Shown: positions 36,860 through 46,801, numbered from the stretch's first letter. The stretch is 64,000 bases of DNA from Synergistaceae bacterium (GCA_018436785.1 JAHDKR010000021.1:22835-86834), one strand, 5' to 3'. The notes: generated by a model not told the origin, from the letters alone. Translations and numbers: made by a program.

Positions 36860-37741
36860 ATGGATGCCGTCGGTGTGAACAAGTGCATTATTATCACGGG
36901 TATGTCCGGCGCAGGGAAATCCACCGCGCTGAAAATCCTCGAAGATCAAGGTATGTTTGCAATTGACAACATACCTCCTGTTCTGCTTTCTCAACTGCTC
37001 TTTCTTCTGGAAAAACATCGGGCAGCCGTTCGCTGGGGAGTCGCAGCGGTCGTGGATATTCGCGGAGATTCGCTGCTGGATGATTTTCCGGCGGCCCTCG
37101 CCTTGCTGAGAAAACAGACGCGTCATGTGCATATTCTCTTTTTCGATGCCAAGGATGAAATTTTGCTGCGGCGTTTTGAAACCACACGGCGCCGCCATCC
37201 TCTGGAACCCGACGGGTCTTTTCTTGACGGTATCGCAAAGGAACGCGAACGCCTACAACCGATTCTCGACTACGCCGATACAATCATCGATACCTCGGCG
37301 CTCTCTCTTTCTGCAATTCGGAAAGAGCTGATCTCCAGGTTTTTTGAGGATGCCGCGGCCGTTCCGCTTGTGATCTCATCCTTCGGTTTCAAACACGGAG
37401 CTCCTGCTGATTGCGACTACGTTTTCGACGTTCGTTTCCTGGATAATCCCTTCTACAATCCGGTTCTCAAACCGCTTTCGGGGAAAGACGAACCTGTTCA
37501 AGAGGAGATCTGGCGTTCAGTTGAGGCTCGCGGTTTTTGGGAGAAGCTCATTTCTTTTCTCGAATATATCGTCCCTCTGTATCTCCGTTCAGGGAAAGCG
37601 CATTTACATATAGGCGTCGGCTGCACAGGAGGACGACATCGCTCAGTGGCCGTTGCGGAACGTCTCTACGCTCATTTCAAAGAGTATTCAGGCGGATGCA
37701 TTCTTCGTCACCGGGATATTGAAAAAGATCAGGGGTGGTGA
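36860..37741 (+). CDS. rapZ: RNase adapter / nucleotide-binding protein RapZ (YvcJ)
   Basis: 293 aa from the ATG at 36860. Walker A ITGMSGAGKST followed by IDNIPP, and a C-terminal CTGGRHRSV motif. Confidence 0.9.
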   Translation: MDAVGVNKCIIITGMSGAGKSTALKILEDQGMFAIDNIPPVLLSQLLFLLEKHRAAVRWGVAAVVDIRGDSLLDDFPAALALLRKQTRHVHILFFDAKDEILLRRFETTRRRHPLEPDGSFLDGIAKERERLQPILDYADTIIDTSALSLSAIRKELISRFFEDAAAVPLVISSFGFKHGAPADCDYVFDVRFLDNPFYNPVLKPLSGKDEPVQEEIWRSVEARGFWEKLISFLEYIVPLYLRSGKAHLHIGVGCTGGRHRSVAVAERLYAHFKEYSGGCILRHRDIEKDQGW

Positions 37742-37743
37742 TT

Positions 37744-38865
37744 ATGGACCTGTTGATAAGCTATGGACTCGGTCTTTTTACCGCCATAATCCTCGTCTTT
37801 CTTTTTCGTTTGAGATACTCCGGGCGTACCGGACAGCTTCTTCAGCGAGCGCCGCAAGAGCGCAGCACAGCCATCTCGAAAGCTATCGAGTATCGCCTTT
37901 CGATGGGACCTTGTGTTGCGGCGCTCGGCGGAGGTACCGGGCTTTCAACCCTTCTGAGAGGGCTAAAAAGCTTTACACGCAATATCGTGGCGGTTGTTAC
38001 AGTAACTGACGAAGGAGGCAGTTCGGGAAAACTCCGCGAAGAGTGGGGAGTCCTCCCTCCGGGCGACGTCCGTAACTGCATAGTTGCTCTTGCAGAAAAC
38101 GACAATGCGCTGAAGCGCCTTCTCGACTTTCGATTTGATCGCGGCGCCTTAGCAGGGCACAGCCTCGGGAACCTGATGCTGCTCGCTATCTCCGAGCAGT
38201 TCGGCGACTTCCGTCTCGCGGTAGAAGAAATGAATCATCTGCTCGCTATTCGCGGCAGAGTCCTCCCGGTAACTACGGAATCCGTAAGTATCGTGGCTGA
38301 AATCCGGGACGGTTCGCGCATCCGAGGGGAGCTCTCTGTGTCCGAACATGGATCTCAGATTCACAAAATCTGGCTTGAACCAAGGGACGCCAAGCCGCTC
38401 AAGGAAGTGCTGCTGTCGCTTGATGAAGCCGACATCATCGTTCTGGGTCCGGGGAGCCTCTTTACCAGTATCATTCCGAACCTCCTCATTCGAAAGGTTG
38501 CAGAAAGGCTGCGCCAGAGTGAAGCCCCAAAAGTCTATATTGCCAATCTCATGACGCAACCTCAGGAAACCCAAGGATTCAACATACTTGATCACGTCCG
38601 CTGGATCAGCGCGGCCATGGGAGTATCTCCGGATTACGTCCTCGTGAACGAGGGTGTGATTCCTCATCTTCTCGAAGAAAAATACCGTGTAGAGGGTGCG
38701 GAACCTCTTTATATTACTGAAGAAGAGGAGTGGGAGCTGGAAAAAATGGGGTGCAAGATACTACGGGGAGACTTCGTTCGAATCATGGACGGTAATGTAG
38801 TGCGACACAACGGACAAGCGCTCTCCGAGATTCTGATACGACTGTGCCGGGAACTGGATGAGTGA
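37744..38865 (+). CDS. yvcK: YvcK/CofD-family (gluconeogenesis factor) protein with an N-terminal hydrophobic extension
   Basis: 373 aa. ALGGGTGLSTLLRGLK motif at about residue 59, VTDEGGSSG, GPGSLFTSI. The N-terminal about 55 aa contains a TM-like helix (LLISYGLGLFTAIILVFLF). Confidence 0.88.
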   Translation: MDLLISYGLGLFTAIILVFLFRLRYSGRTGQLLQRAPQERSTAISKAIEYRLSMGPCVAALGGGTGLSTLLRGLKSFTRNIVAVVTVTDEGGSSGKLREEWGVLPPGDVRNCIVALAENDNALKRLLDFRFDRGALAGHSLGNLMLLAISEQFGDFRLAVEEMNHLLAIRGRVLPVTTESVSIVAEIRDGSRIRGELSVSEHGSQIHKIWLEPRDAKPLKEVLLSLDEADIIVLGPGSLFTSIIPNLLIRKVAERLRQSEAPKVYIANLMTQPQETQGFNILDHVRWISAAMGVSPDYVLVNEGVIPHLLEEKYRVEGAEPLYITEEEEWELEKMGCKILRGDFVRIMDGNVVRHNGQALSEILIRLCRELDE

Positions 38866-39764
38866 TGAAACCGATAGATTCCCGCTCAACGCTGACGTCA
38901 AGCATGTGGGACGAATGGACATCGTCAATTGCCTCCCCCGGTCGCGCTGTCGAAGATGAAATCAGAGGGATAGTGTCCGGTCTTTCAGAGGTGGCATCTC
39001 ATGAAAGGGAAACTGTTTTTTCGAGTGGACGCCTTTGGATTTTTCGACGCCTCAGAATGCTCTGGTCTGCATGGGAAAACACACGGAATTATGAATTCGC
39101 TTCGCTCCTCAACATCCCGCGTTCAATGAAAGGACGCGTTTTTTTCCGTCTTCCTTCAGAAATTTATGCGACGTTCCGCGAACGAGAATCTGAATCTCGA
39201 AATACGCCCTGGCTGAGGGGGTTGTGGGGAAGTTGCGGCTCTTTGTATTTGCCGAAGACAGGCTACTATCTCTGTTTTCGAATCTCCTCCCGGATAACGG
39301 AGGAGAAAACTGCACATCTTTTGCAGAGGAACGGATTTACAGCTGGAAGAAGAAAAATTCAGGGGAAATATGAAGTCACTCTCAGAAACCAGCAGGAGAT
39401 TGCGGACATACTTGCGAGTTTCAACATGGTAAAGACAATGCTCCATCTTGAGGAAAAGGCGATCTTCCGATCGTTGAGAAACCAGGCAAACAAGCTGGTG
39501 AACTGTGACGCCTCGAATATTCGGAAGAGCCTGGAGGCATCATCTCGTCAGATCGAAATATCGCGCAACGCACTCGAACTCCCTGATTACGATGATTTCC
39601 CAGCCGTTCTGAAAGACCTTATATCCACACGTCTGGCCAATCCAAGTATGACGTTGGAAGAACTCGGCCGTATCCAGTCTCCCCCTGTAAGCAAAAGTAC
39701 TATAAAATATCGCTGGAAAAAAATAGAAGACCTGGCAACCCCTTTATGGCAGCGGCGAAAATAA
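38862..39764 (+). CDS. whiA: DNA-binding protein WhiA
   Basis: 300 aa. Degenerate LAGLIDADG-like core and a C-terminal HTH (MTLEELGRIQSPPVSKSTIKYRWKKIE). Conserved rapZ-yvcK-whiA order. Start is GTG 38862 or ATG 38865. Confidence 0.85.
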   Translation: MMKPIDSRSTLTSSMWDEWTSSIASPGRAVEDEIRGIVSGLSEVASHERETVFSSGRLWIFRRLRMLWSAWENTRNYEFASLLNIPRSMKGRVFFRLPSEIYATFRERESESRNTPWLRGLWGSCGSLYLPKTGYYLCFRISSRITEEKTAHLLQRNGFTAGRRKIQGKYEVTLRNQQEIADILASFNMVKTMLHLEEKAIFRSLRNQANKLVNCDASNIRKSLEASSRQIEISRNALELPDYDDFPAVLKDLISTRLANPSMTLEELGRIQSPPVSKSTIKYRWKKIEDLATPLWQRRK

Positions 39765-39789
39765 AATTTCTCTAACTTCAGATCTCGCG

Positions 39790-39819
39790 ATGCCAAAGTG
39801 AAGGGGTACGCCATATAAT
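39790..39819 (+). promoter_or_regulatory. Candidate promoter for pgk-tpiA
   Basis: ATGCCA (39790-39795), 18-nt spacer, perfect TATAAT (39814-39819), 42 nt upstream of the pgk ATG. Confidence 0.45.
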
Positions 39820-39861
39820 AGAAATGCTCACGACAAAGAAGCTAAAGGAGGTCGGAAACAC

Positions 39862-41049
39862 ATGAAACTGCGTACGTTTTCAGAAAGCGATGTCCGTGGG
39901 AAAAATGTGCTTGTGCGGGTTGATTTCAATGTTCCGTTGAAAAATGGGAAAGTAACGGATTCCACGCGAATCCTTGCCCACAGGGAAACTGTTTCTACGC
40001 TTCTGGGATGGGGAGCCCAGGTTGCGCTCTCTTCCCATCTTGGCCGACCAAAAGGGAAAAGAGTTCCCGAAATGTCTCTCGAATGCGTTTTGTCGGAAGC
40101 GGAAAAGGCGTTCCGTGTTCCAACCAGATTTTGCAACGACTGCATTGGACCTTCAGTCCAATCTGCAGTTGACGGAATGAAAGCGGGGGAGTTGCTCCTG
40201 CTCGAAAACCTTCGCTTTTACGCGGAAGAACAAGAAAATGACACGGCGTTCGCCGGCAAGCTCGCCGCTCCCTTTGATGTCTTCGTCATGGACGCGTTCA
40301 GCGCCTCGCACAGAGCAGACGCGTCGACAAACGCTATTATGGGGATTCTCCCCTCCTTTTCAGGCGCTCTGCTTCGTAGAGAAGTGGAAATGCTGTCAGC
40401 CGTGAGCGAGAAGCCTGAATCTCCGTTCGTCCTTATCCTCGGAGGCGCAAAGGTTTCGGATAAAATCGGCGTGGTCGAGCATCTCATGGATAAGACAAGT
40501 ACGATACTCATCGGAGGCGGTATGGCCTTCACGTTCCTTAAAGCAGCCGGGAAACCGATTGGACGGTCCCTTTTCGAGGCGGAAAAGAAAGACTTTGCCC
40601 TCGAGATGATGGAGAAGGCACAGCGCTCAGGAGTCGAAATCCTCTTACCGACAGACGTTGTTGTAGGAACCTCTCTAGAAATGACGAGCGGTGAAAAGAT
40701 TGTGTCTGCCGACGCTCTTCCTGACGATGCCATGGGATTGGATATCGGACCGAAGACCGTATCCCTTTTCGCCGAAAGAATCGCAGGAGCCAGAACTGTT
40801 CTCTGGAACGGGCCGATGGGCGTCTTCGAAAATCCTCTCTTTGCCTCGGGAACGAAGGGGGTGGCTGAAGGAGTGGCCGCATGCACCCGCAAAGGTGGCA
40901 TTACCGTCGTCGGAGGAGGAGATACTGCCGCAGCGGCAAAAATGCTCGGCTTCGACCAGAATGTCTCTCACGTTTCAACAGGAGGCGGGGCAAGTCTTGA
41001 GTTTTGCGAAGGGAAAGACCTTCCGGGAATCAAACCGCTCGAAGAGTAA
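39862..41049 (+). CDS. pgk: Phosphoglycerate kinase
   Basis: 395 aa. RVDFNVP, SHLGRPKG and GGGDTAAA motifs. AAAGGAGG SD. Confidence 0.96.
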   Translation: MKLRTFSESDVRGKNVLVRVDFNVPLKNGKVTDSTRILAHRETVSTLLGWGAQVALSSHLGRPKGKRVPEMSLECVLSEAEKAFRVPTRFCNDCIGPSVQSAVDGMKAGELLLLENLRFYAEEQENDTAFAGKLAAPFDVFVMDAFSASHRADASTNAIMGILPSFSGALLRREVEMLSAVSEKPESPFVLILGGAKVSDKIGVVEHLMDKTSTILIGGGMAFTFLKAAGKPIGRSLFEAEKKDFALEMMEKAQRSGVEILLPTDVVVGTSLEMTSGEKIVSADALPDDAMGLDIGPKTVSLFAERIAGARTVLWNGPMGVFENPLFASGTKGVAEGVAACTRKGGITVVGGGDTAAAAKMLGFDQNVSHVSTGGGASLEFCEGKDLPGIKPLEE

Positions 41050-41076
41050 ACAATAAAGGAGGCCGATGAGCATACC

Positions 41077-41871
41077 ATGAAAAAAATCTATCTTTATGGC
41101 AACTGGAAGATGAACATGCTTCCTTCCGAAGCGGAAGCTTTTTCAAACGAACTTCTTTCTGAAACAGCGGGGGAACTGTATAGCACACGTTCGGTCGACA
41201 TCGCTCTTTTCCCGCCCTACATATCGATAGCGCCAGTAGTTCGCATGCTCCCGGAGAAAAGCTTCATCAAAGCGGGCGCTCAGGACGGCTGGTTCGAAGA
41301 CCGGGGCGCCTACACCGGTGCAGTATCCATGGATATGATTCGTGAAATAGGGTGCACGCATGTACTTGTGGGTCATAGTGAAAGAAGGAGCATATTCGGT
41401 GATACAGATGAGATCGTCGGGCGAAAACTGAAACAGGCCATCCAGAAAGGACTTATACCCGTACTTTGTTTCGGAGAGACGCTTGAACAGCGTGAAGCTG
41501 GACAAACGCTCGCAATTCTTGGGAAGCAGCTTCTGGCGGCATGGAAGGATATCGAAGCGGACGAAATCAAAGGTTCGGATAACCTTCCCGGTATTCTGCT
41601 TGCATATGAACCTGTATGGGCTATCGGCACAGGACGTAACGCAAAGGCTGCGGATGCTCAGGAGGCATGTGCTTTTTCACGGAATCTTTTCAAAGAGCGA
41701 TTTGGTAAGCAGATGGATTGTCCCGTTCTGTACGGAGGCAGCGTCAAAGAATCAAATGCCGCGGAGCTTTTATCTCAGCAGGATATCGACGGCGCTCTTA
41801 TCGGAGGAGCTTCTTTGAAGGTCGGTTCGTTCCTTGGAATTTATGAAAACTACCGGAAGTCGGCGGACTGA
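41077..41871 (+). CDS. tpiA: Triosephosphate isomerase
   Basis: 264 aa. GNWKMN, VGHSERR, AYEPVWAIGTG and GGASL motifs. Confidence 0.96.
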   Translation: MKKIYLYGNWKMNMLPSEAEAFSNELLSETAGELYSTRSVDIALFPPYISIAPVVRMLPEKSFIKAGAQDGWFEDRGAYTGAVSMDMIREIGCTHVLVGHSERRSIFGDTDEIVGRKLKQAIQKGLIPVLCFGETLEQREAGQTLAILGKQLLAAWKDIEADEIKGSDNLPGILLAYEPVWAIGTGRNAKAADAQEACAFSRNLFKERFGKQMDCPVLYGGSVKESNAAELLSQQDIDGALIGGASLKVGSFLGIYENYRKSAD

Positions 41872-41881
41872 AAAAGAGAAT

Positions 41882-41909
41882 ATGTAACATAAGATACATT
41901 ATAGGACAC
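41882..41909 (-). other. dif: dif-like XerC/XerD recombination site (candidate chromosome dimer resolution site)
   Basis: The minus strand reads GTGTCCTATAA-TGTATC-TTATGTTACAT. The XerD arm matches E. coli dif TTATGTTAAAT at 10/11, the central region matches 5/6, and the inner ATAA of the XerC arm is conserved. Located at the plus-to-minus gene-orientation switch. Confidence 0.6.
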
Positions 41910-41930
41910 CTCAAAAAGAGAACTGAAAAA

Positions 41931-41968
41931 CCGGGCAGACTTCGTTTCGGTCTGCCCGGTTCTCTTTT
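41931..41968. terminator. Bidirectional terminator between tpiA and rsfS
   Basis: Stem CCGGGCAGAC (41931-41940) / GTCTGCCCGG (41950-41959) with a 9-nt loop (TTCGTTTCG). Flanked by an A-run upstream and TTCTCTTTT downstream. Confidence 0.8.
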
Positions 41969-42004
41969 GAATCTCTTTATAGAAACGAAAAAAACGCAGC
42001 GTTC

Positions 42005-42364
42005 TCAATCATGGTATGCATAATGATACGAGCGCGCGTCTCTCCACATCTTCTCTAGGTTATAGTGATCTCTCCCGGCTTTACTGAACACATGTACCGT
42101 CAGGTCTCCGGCGTCAATAAGACGCCACCGCATACTGTCGTTTCCCTCGACGGTTGTCTTGATTCCCTGCACGTGAAGCGCCTCCAGAGCTGCATCCCGC
42201 AGCGTGTCCATATGTACGTCGGAATTTGCCGTCACCAATATGAAAACATCTGAAATCGCCGAAGAGCCTTCCAGGTCAAGCGCCACGATATCAAGCCCTC
42301 TCTTGTCCGCCAGCGCTTCGTACAGAAATTCATACTCCTTGAGCCGGTCATCCTGTTTCTTCAA
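42005..42364 (-). CDS. rsfS: Ribosomal silencing factor RsfS (iojap)
   Basis: 119 aa. ...ALADKRGLDIVALDLEGSSAISDVFILVTANSDVHMDTL... is typical of the RsfS/DUF143 family. Confidence 0.9.
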   Translation of the reverse strand: MKKQDDRLKEYEFLYEALADKRGLDIVALDLEGSSAISDVFILVTANSDVHMDTLRDAALEALHVQGIKTTVEGNDSMRWRLIDAGDLTVHVFSKAGRDHYNLEKMWRDARSYHYAYHD

Positions 42365-42384
42365 GCTGTCACCCTCCCCTACAC

Positions 42385-43668
42385 TTACTGTTTTTTTTCA
42401 GCTAACTCTTCCAATCGCTTCAACACAAGCGCGTGGTCCTTTCCTATGATTATTGTAGCATGCGATACATTTGCAGTTCGTGAAATTAGACGAGGGTTCA
42501 CGCTGAGAAGCTCCGCCAGCGTCTTTCCAGTCTCTGCAACCGGATCGGTTGTTTGTTCCGGAAGATGTATCGTTGTCGTACGATAATCAAAGTGACGCGC
42601 ATTCCCAACATGGGTAACATCAATCCCAATCTTTTGCAATGCCGTCGCCATTGTCTTTCCAAGACCTGAGACGCCGGCGCCATTTAAAACAGCCACAGGC
42701 GTATTTATTGAAGAGATCAATGCCGGAACATCCGTTGTAGAGAGATCAAGCGTTCCCATATCGGTCTCTTCTTTCGCCACATCTCCGGATAGCGTTCCGT
42801 GTCCTTCCGGAACCCCCGTTAACAGCGCGGAGGCGGCTGTGATGTCGCCAACCCAGTAGCTGATATTCGAGATGTACGCGGCCTTCCCGGGCATGGTAAA
42901 AAAATGTATGTTTTCACTCGGCATCGAAACAAGGTAGGACGCAAGCTGTAACCCCTGAGCAGGCGTCATATCCGAGTTCACCAACTCAATCGCTTTATTC
43001 GCCAAGTCAGGTATCTTCGGTATCATGTAAGGGCTCTGCAATTTCGCCAAAACAGCCTTTATAAAGTCCTGCTGGCGCTTGACACGACCAATATCCCCCA
43101 GCGCGTCATGACGGAATCGAACGTAATGGAGTGCATTCTTCCCGTCGAGCACCTGCAAACCCTTTGGGATATTGATAAAAAGTTTGCCCGAATAGTCATT
43201 GTAGACCATGCGTTTTGGCACGTCGACTTCGACGCCTCCGATAAGATCAACTATAGAGGGGAAAGTATCATAATTCACTAGAACGTAGTAGTTGATCGGC
43301 ATGCCAAGGTAGTTTACAACTGTTTCACGTAGAAGTTCGACCCCTCCATATGCATACGCATGGGCAATTTTTTCCCAGCCTCTTTTCGGCAGCTGGACAC
43401 GCGTATCGCGCGGTATTGACATGAGACGAACAATCTTATTATCGATATCGATGGTTGCATATGCGATCGCATCCGCGCGTCGCCCTCCGTCGACATCGTC
43501 AATACCGATGAGGAGGAGATTTATAGATCCCGACTCCTCCGTAAAAGAGATGGACTCCCTAATTGTCTGCGGTTGAGGCTCTACGAACGTCTTCACCTTG
43601 AAGGCTGCCCCTGCGAAAGCCGCTCCCATTGCCAAGAGAAGAATTGCCACTATGCGCAGTATTTTCAT
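42385..43668 (-). CDS. LytR-CpsA-Psr (LCP) family cell-envelope phosphotransferase with a LytR_C domain
   Basis: 427 aa. N-terminal TM anchor, LCP core (LLLIGIDD...RADAIAYATID...SIPRDT) and a C-terminal LytR_C-like domain (VAVLNGAGVSGLG...). GGAGGG SD. Confidence 0.88.
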   Translation of the reverse strand: MKILRIVAILLLAMGAAFAGAAFKVKTFVEPQPQTIRESISFTEESGSINLLLIGIDDVDGGRRADAIAYATIDIDNKIVRLMSIPRDTRVQLPKRGWEKIAHAYAYGGVELLRETVVNYLGMPINYYVLVNYDTFPSIVDLIGGVEVDVPKRMVYNDYSGKLFINIPKGLQVLDGKNALHYVRFRHDALGDIGRVKRQQDFIKAVLAKLQSPYMIPKIPDLANKAIELVNSDMTPAQGLQLASYLVSMPSENIHFFTMPGKAAYISNISYWVGDITAASALLTGVPEGHGTLSGDVAKEETDMGTLDLSTTDVPALISSINTPVAVLNGAGVSGLGKTMATALQKIGIDVTHVGNARHFDYRTTTIHLPEQTTDPVAETGKTLAELLSVNPRLISRTANVSHATIIIGKDHALVLKRLEELAEKKQ

Positions 43669-44308
43669 TGTTTATCGCCCTCCAGTTTTTCCGGTAGAGT
43701 CCTTTCTTGTATATATACTGCTCCACCGTTTCAGGAAGAAGGTATTTTATGCTCCTCCCCGTCTCTATCCGCTGGCGGATTTCCGTACTCGAAATAGAGA
43801 GGAGCGGAATTTCGAGTGGAATGATTGCATCCCGGAGAGTCGGCGGAAGCATATCCAACGCGTTCTGGGCATATCCGGGCCGATTAACCGCCACAATACG
43901 GCATAACTTCGGGAGTTCAGCGTATTCTTTCCATGTCGCCATGCTCAAGACAGCATCCAGCCCCGTAATGAAGAAAAACTCTACAGTTTCGGGAGCATAC
44001 CAGTGACGCATCTCCCGAAGAGTATCGACAGTATGACTCGGTTCCTTTCTGTCGATCTCGATCCGCGAAGGCGTAAAATTAGGATTCTCCAACGTCGTTA
44101 AGAGGGTCATGATATACCGGTCTTCACAGAAAGCAACTCGACGCTGACGTTTATGCGCCGGGTCTCCAGCAGGTACGAAAATCACCTCATCAAGACCGAC
44201 AGCAGTCCGGCTTTCTTCCGCAGCTAATAGGTGGCCGAAGTGAATTGGATCGAAAGTCCCGCCCATAATGCCTATTCTTCGCACATCATTGCGTACAGAA
44301 TACGACAC
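43559..44308 (-). CDS. nadD: Nicotinate-nucleotide adenylyltransferase NadD (with about 45-aa non-conserved C-terminal tail)
   Basis: 249 aa. GIMGGTFDPIHFGHL (HxGH) and ISSTEIR motifs. The conserved part ends near ...YIYKKGLY. The ORF then runs on for 110 nt into the LCP gene. Confidence 0.88.
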   Translation of the reverse strand: MSYSVRNDVRRIGIMGGTFDPIHFGHLLAAEESRTAVGLDEVIFVPAGDPAHKRQRRVAFCEDRYIMTLLTTLENPNFTPSRIEIDRKEPSHTVDTLREMRHWYAPETVEFFFITGLDAVLSMATWKEYAELPKLCRIVAVNRPGYAQNALDMLPPTLRDAIIPLEIPLLSISSTEIRQRIETGRSIKYLLPETVEQYIYKKGLYRKNWRAINNENTAHSGNSSLGNGSGFRRGSLQGEDVRRASTADN

Positions 44309-44341
44309 GTCGTCAACTCCTTCGCTTCCGACTCCCCTGCT

Positions 44342-45745
<1,404 letters not shown>

Positions 45746-45868
45746 TCAAAAAATCAAGGGCCTTGATGATCCCCTAAGGGCGAGAGCCGACGTAAAAAGC
45801 AGACGGTCTGTTCTTAAGGTGATGCGAAGGCCCTTGTTGAATGCGTCGTGTTCAAAAAGTCCGGAGAA

Positions 45869-46156
45869 TTACTCTGCCGCTTGCAGAACTACTGAAACTA
45901 TTTTCCTGCTCCCTTTTGTCTCGTAACGCACGGTTCCAGCGCTTGTCGCAAAAATCGTATAGTCCTTACCAAGACCGACGTTCTTGCCAGGATGGATTTT
46001 TGTTCCTCTTTGGCGAACCAAAATGTTGCCCGCCTGTACCGTCTGGCCGGCATATATCTTTATCCCGAGCCTCTTTCCTTCGCTGTCTCTTCCATTCGTA
46101 CTGCTTCCCTGCCCTTTCTTGTGGGCAAAGAGCTGCAGGTCAAAATTCCATTTCAT
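45869..46156 (-). CDS. rpmA: 50S ribosomal protein L27 with an N-terminal propeptide
   Basis: 95 aa from the ATG at 46156 (GGAGGTG SD, 7-nt spacer): [25 protein letters not shown]... The ORF-track start at 46183 is probably too long. Confidence 0.93.
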   Translation of the reverse strand: MKWNFDLQLFAHKKGQGSSTNGRDSEGKRLGIKIYAGQTVQAGNILVRQRGTKIHPGKNVGLGKDYTIFATSAGTVRYETKGSRKIVSVVLQAAE

Positions 46157-46487
46157 CAACAGGCACCTCCAGAATACGGACATGCTCCGGGTATACCCGG
46201 GCTATTTCCTTCAAGGATCCCACTATAGTTTCCACGAGAACCGCCGTCTGTTCCGGAGGGGATCGTCTCCAGTCCAATACCATTCTCGCGCTGTCCTCAT
46301 TGATGCTGAAAGAAAAACCGGGAGAAGAAACAACCTTCTCAAAACCGAAAAGAAGCGCCTGTAAAAGTGCGGAGACGCCCGCACATACAATATCTTCGCC
46401 CCGTTCGGCATACCCCGAATGACCTTCTGCGACAAGAGCGACAGGGCGCTCCTCGTCGAAGGAAACGGAGATCTCGGTCAAAATCAA
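46140..46487 (-). CDS. prp: Ribosomal-processing cysteine protease Prp (YsxB/DUF464)
   Basis: 115 aa between rplU and rpmA. Candidate His/Cys dyad context GHSGY...[10 protein letters not shown]. Confidence 0.85.
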   Translation of the reverse strand: MILTEISVSFDEERPVALVAEGHSGYAERGEDIVCAGVSALLQALLFGFEKVVSSPGFSFSINEDSARMVLDWRRSPPEQTAVLVETIVGSLKEIARVYPEHVRILEVPVDEMEF

Positions 46488-46801
46488 ACTCCAGCAGTCA
46501 GAGTATCGATTCGTATCTCAGAGTAATTCTGTCTGTGCCCTCTCATACGCCGATAGTTTTTCTTGCTCTTGAACTTAAAAACGAGGATCTTCGGTTCTCT
46601 GCCATTCCCCGTCACCGAAGCGGTCACCGTAGCTCCCTTGACATAGGGGGCGCCGACTACAACAGCGTCATCCCTTCCTAGAAGAAGGACCTTATCAAAA
46701 ACCACCGAGGCGCCTTCTTCAAGACCGAGTGATTCGACTTTCAAAAGATCGCCCTCCTGAACACGGTACTGTTTGCCTCCTGTTTCAACGATCGCGTACA
46801 T
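46484..46801 (-). CDS. rplU: 50S ribosomal protein L21
   Basis: 105 aa. MYAIVETGGKQYRVQEGD... is the canonical L21 N-terminus. Confidence 0.96.
   Translation of the reverse strand: MYAIVETGGKQYRVQEGDLLKVESLGLEEGASVVFDKVLLLGRDDAVVVGAPYVKGATVTASVTGNGREPKILVFKFKSKKNYRRMRGHRQNYSEIRIDTLTAGV

Noticed and set aside
40218-40901. 227-aa ORF antisense to pgk
   Set aside because: pgk on the plus strand is unambiguous. The antisense translation is a low-complexity Ala/Ser/Pro-rich shadow.
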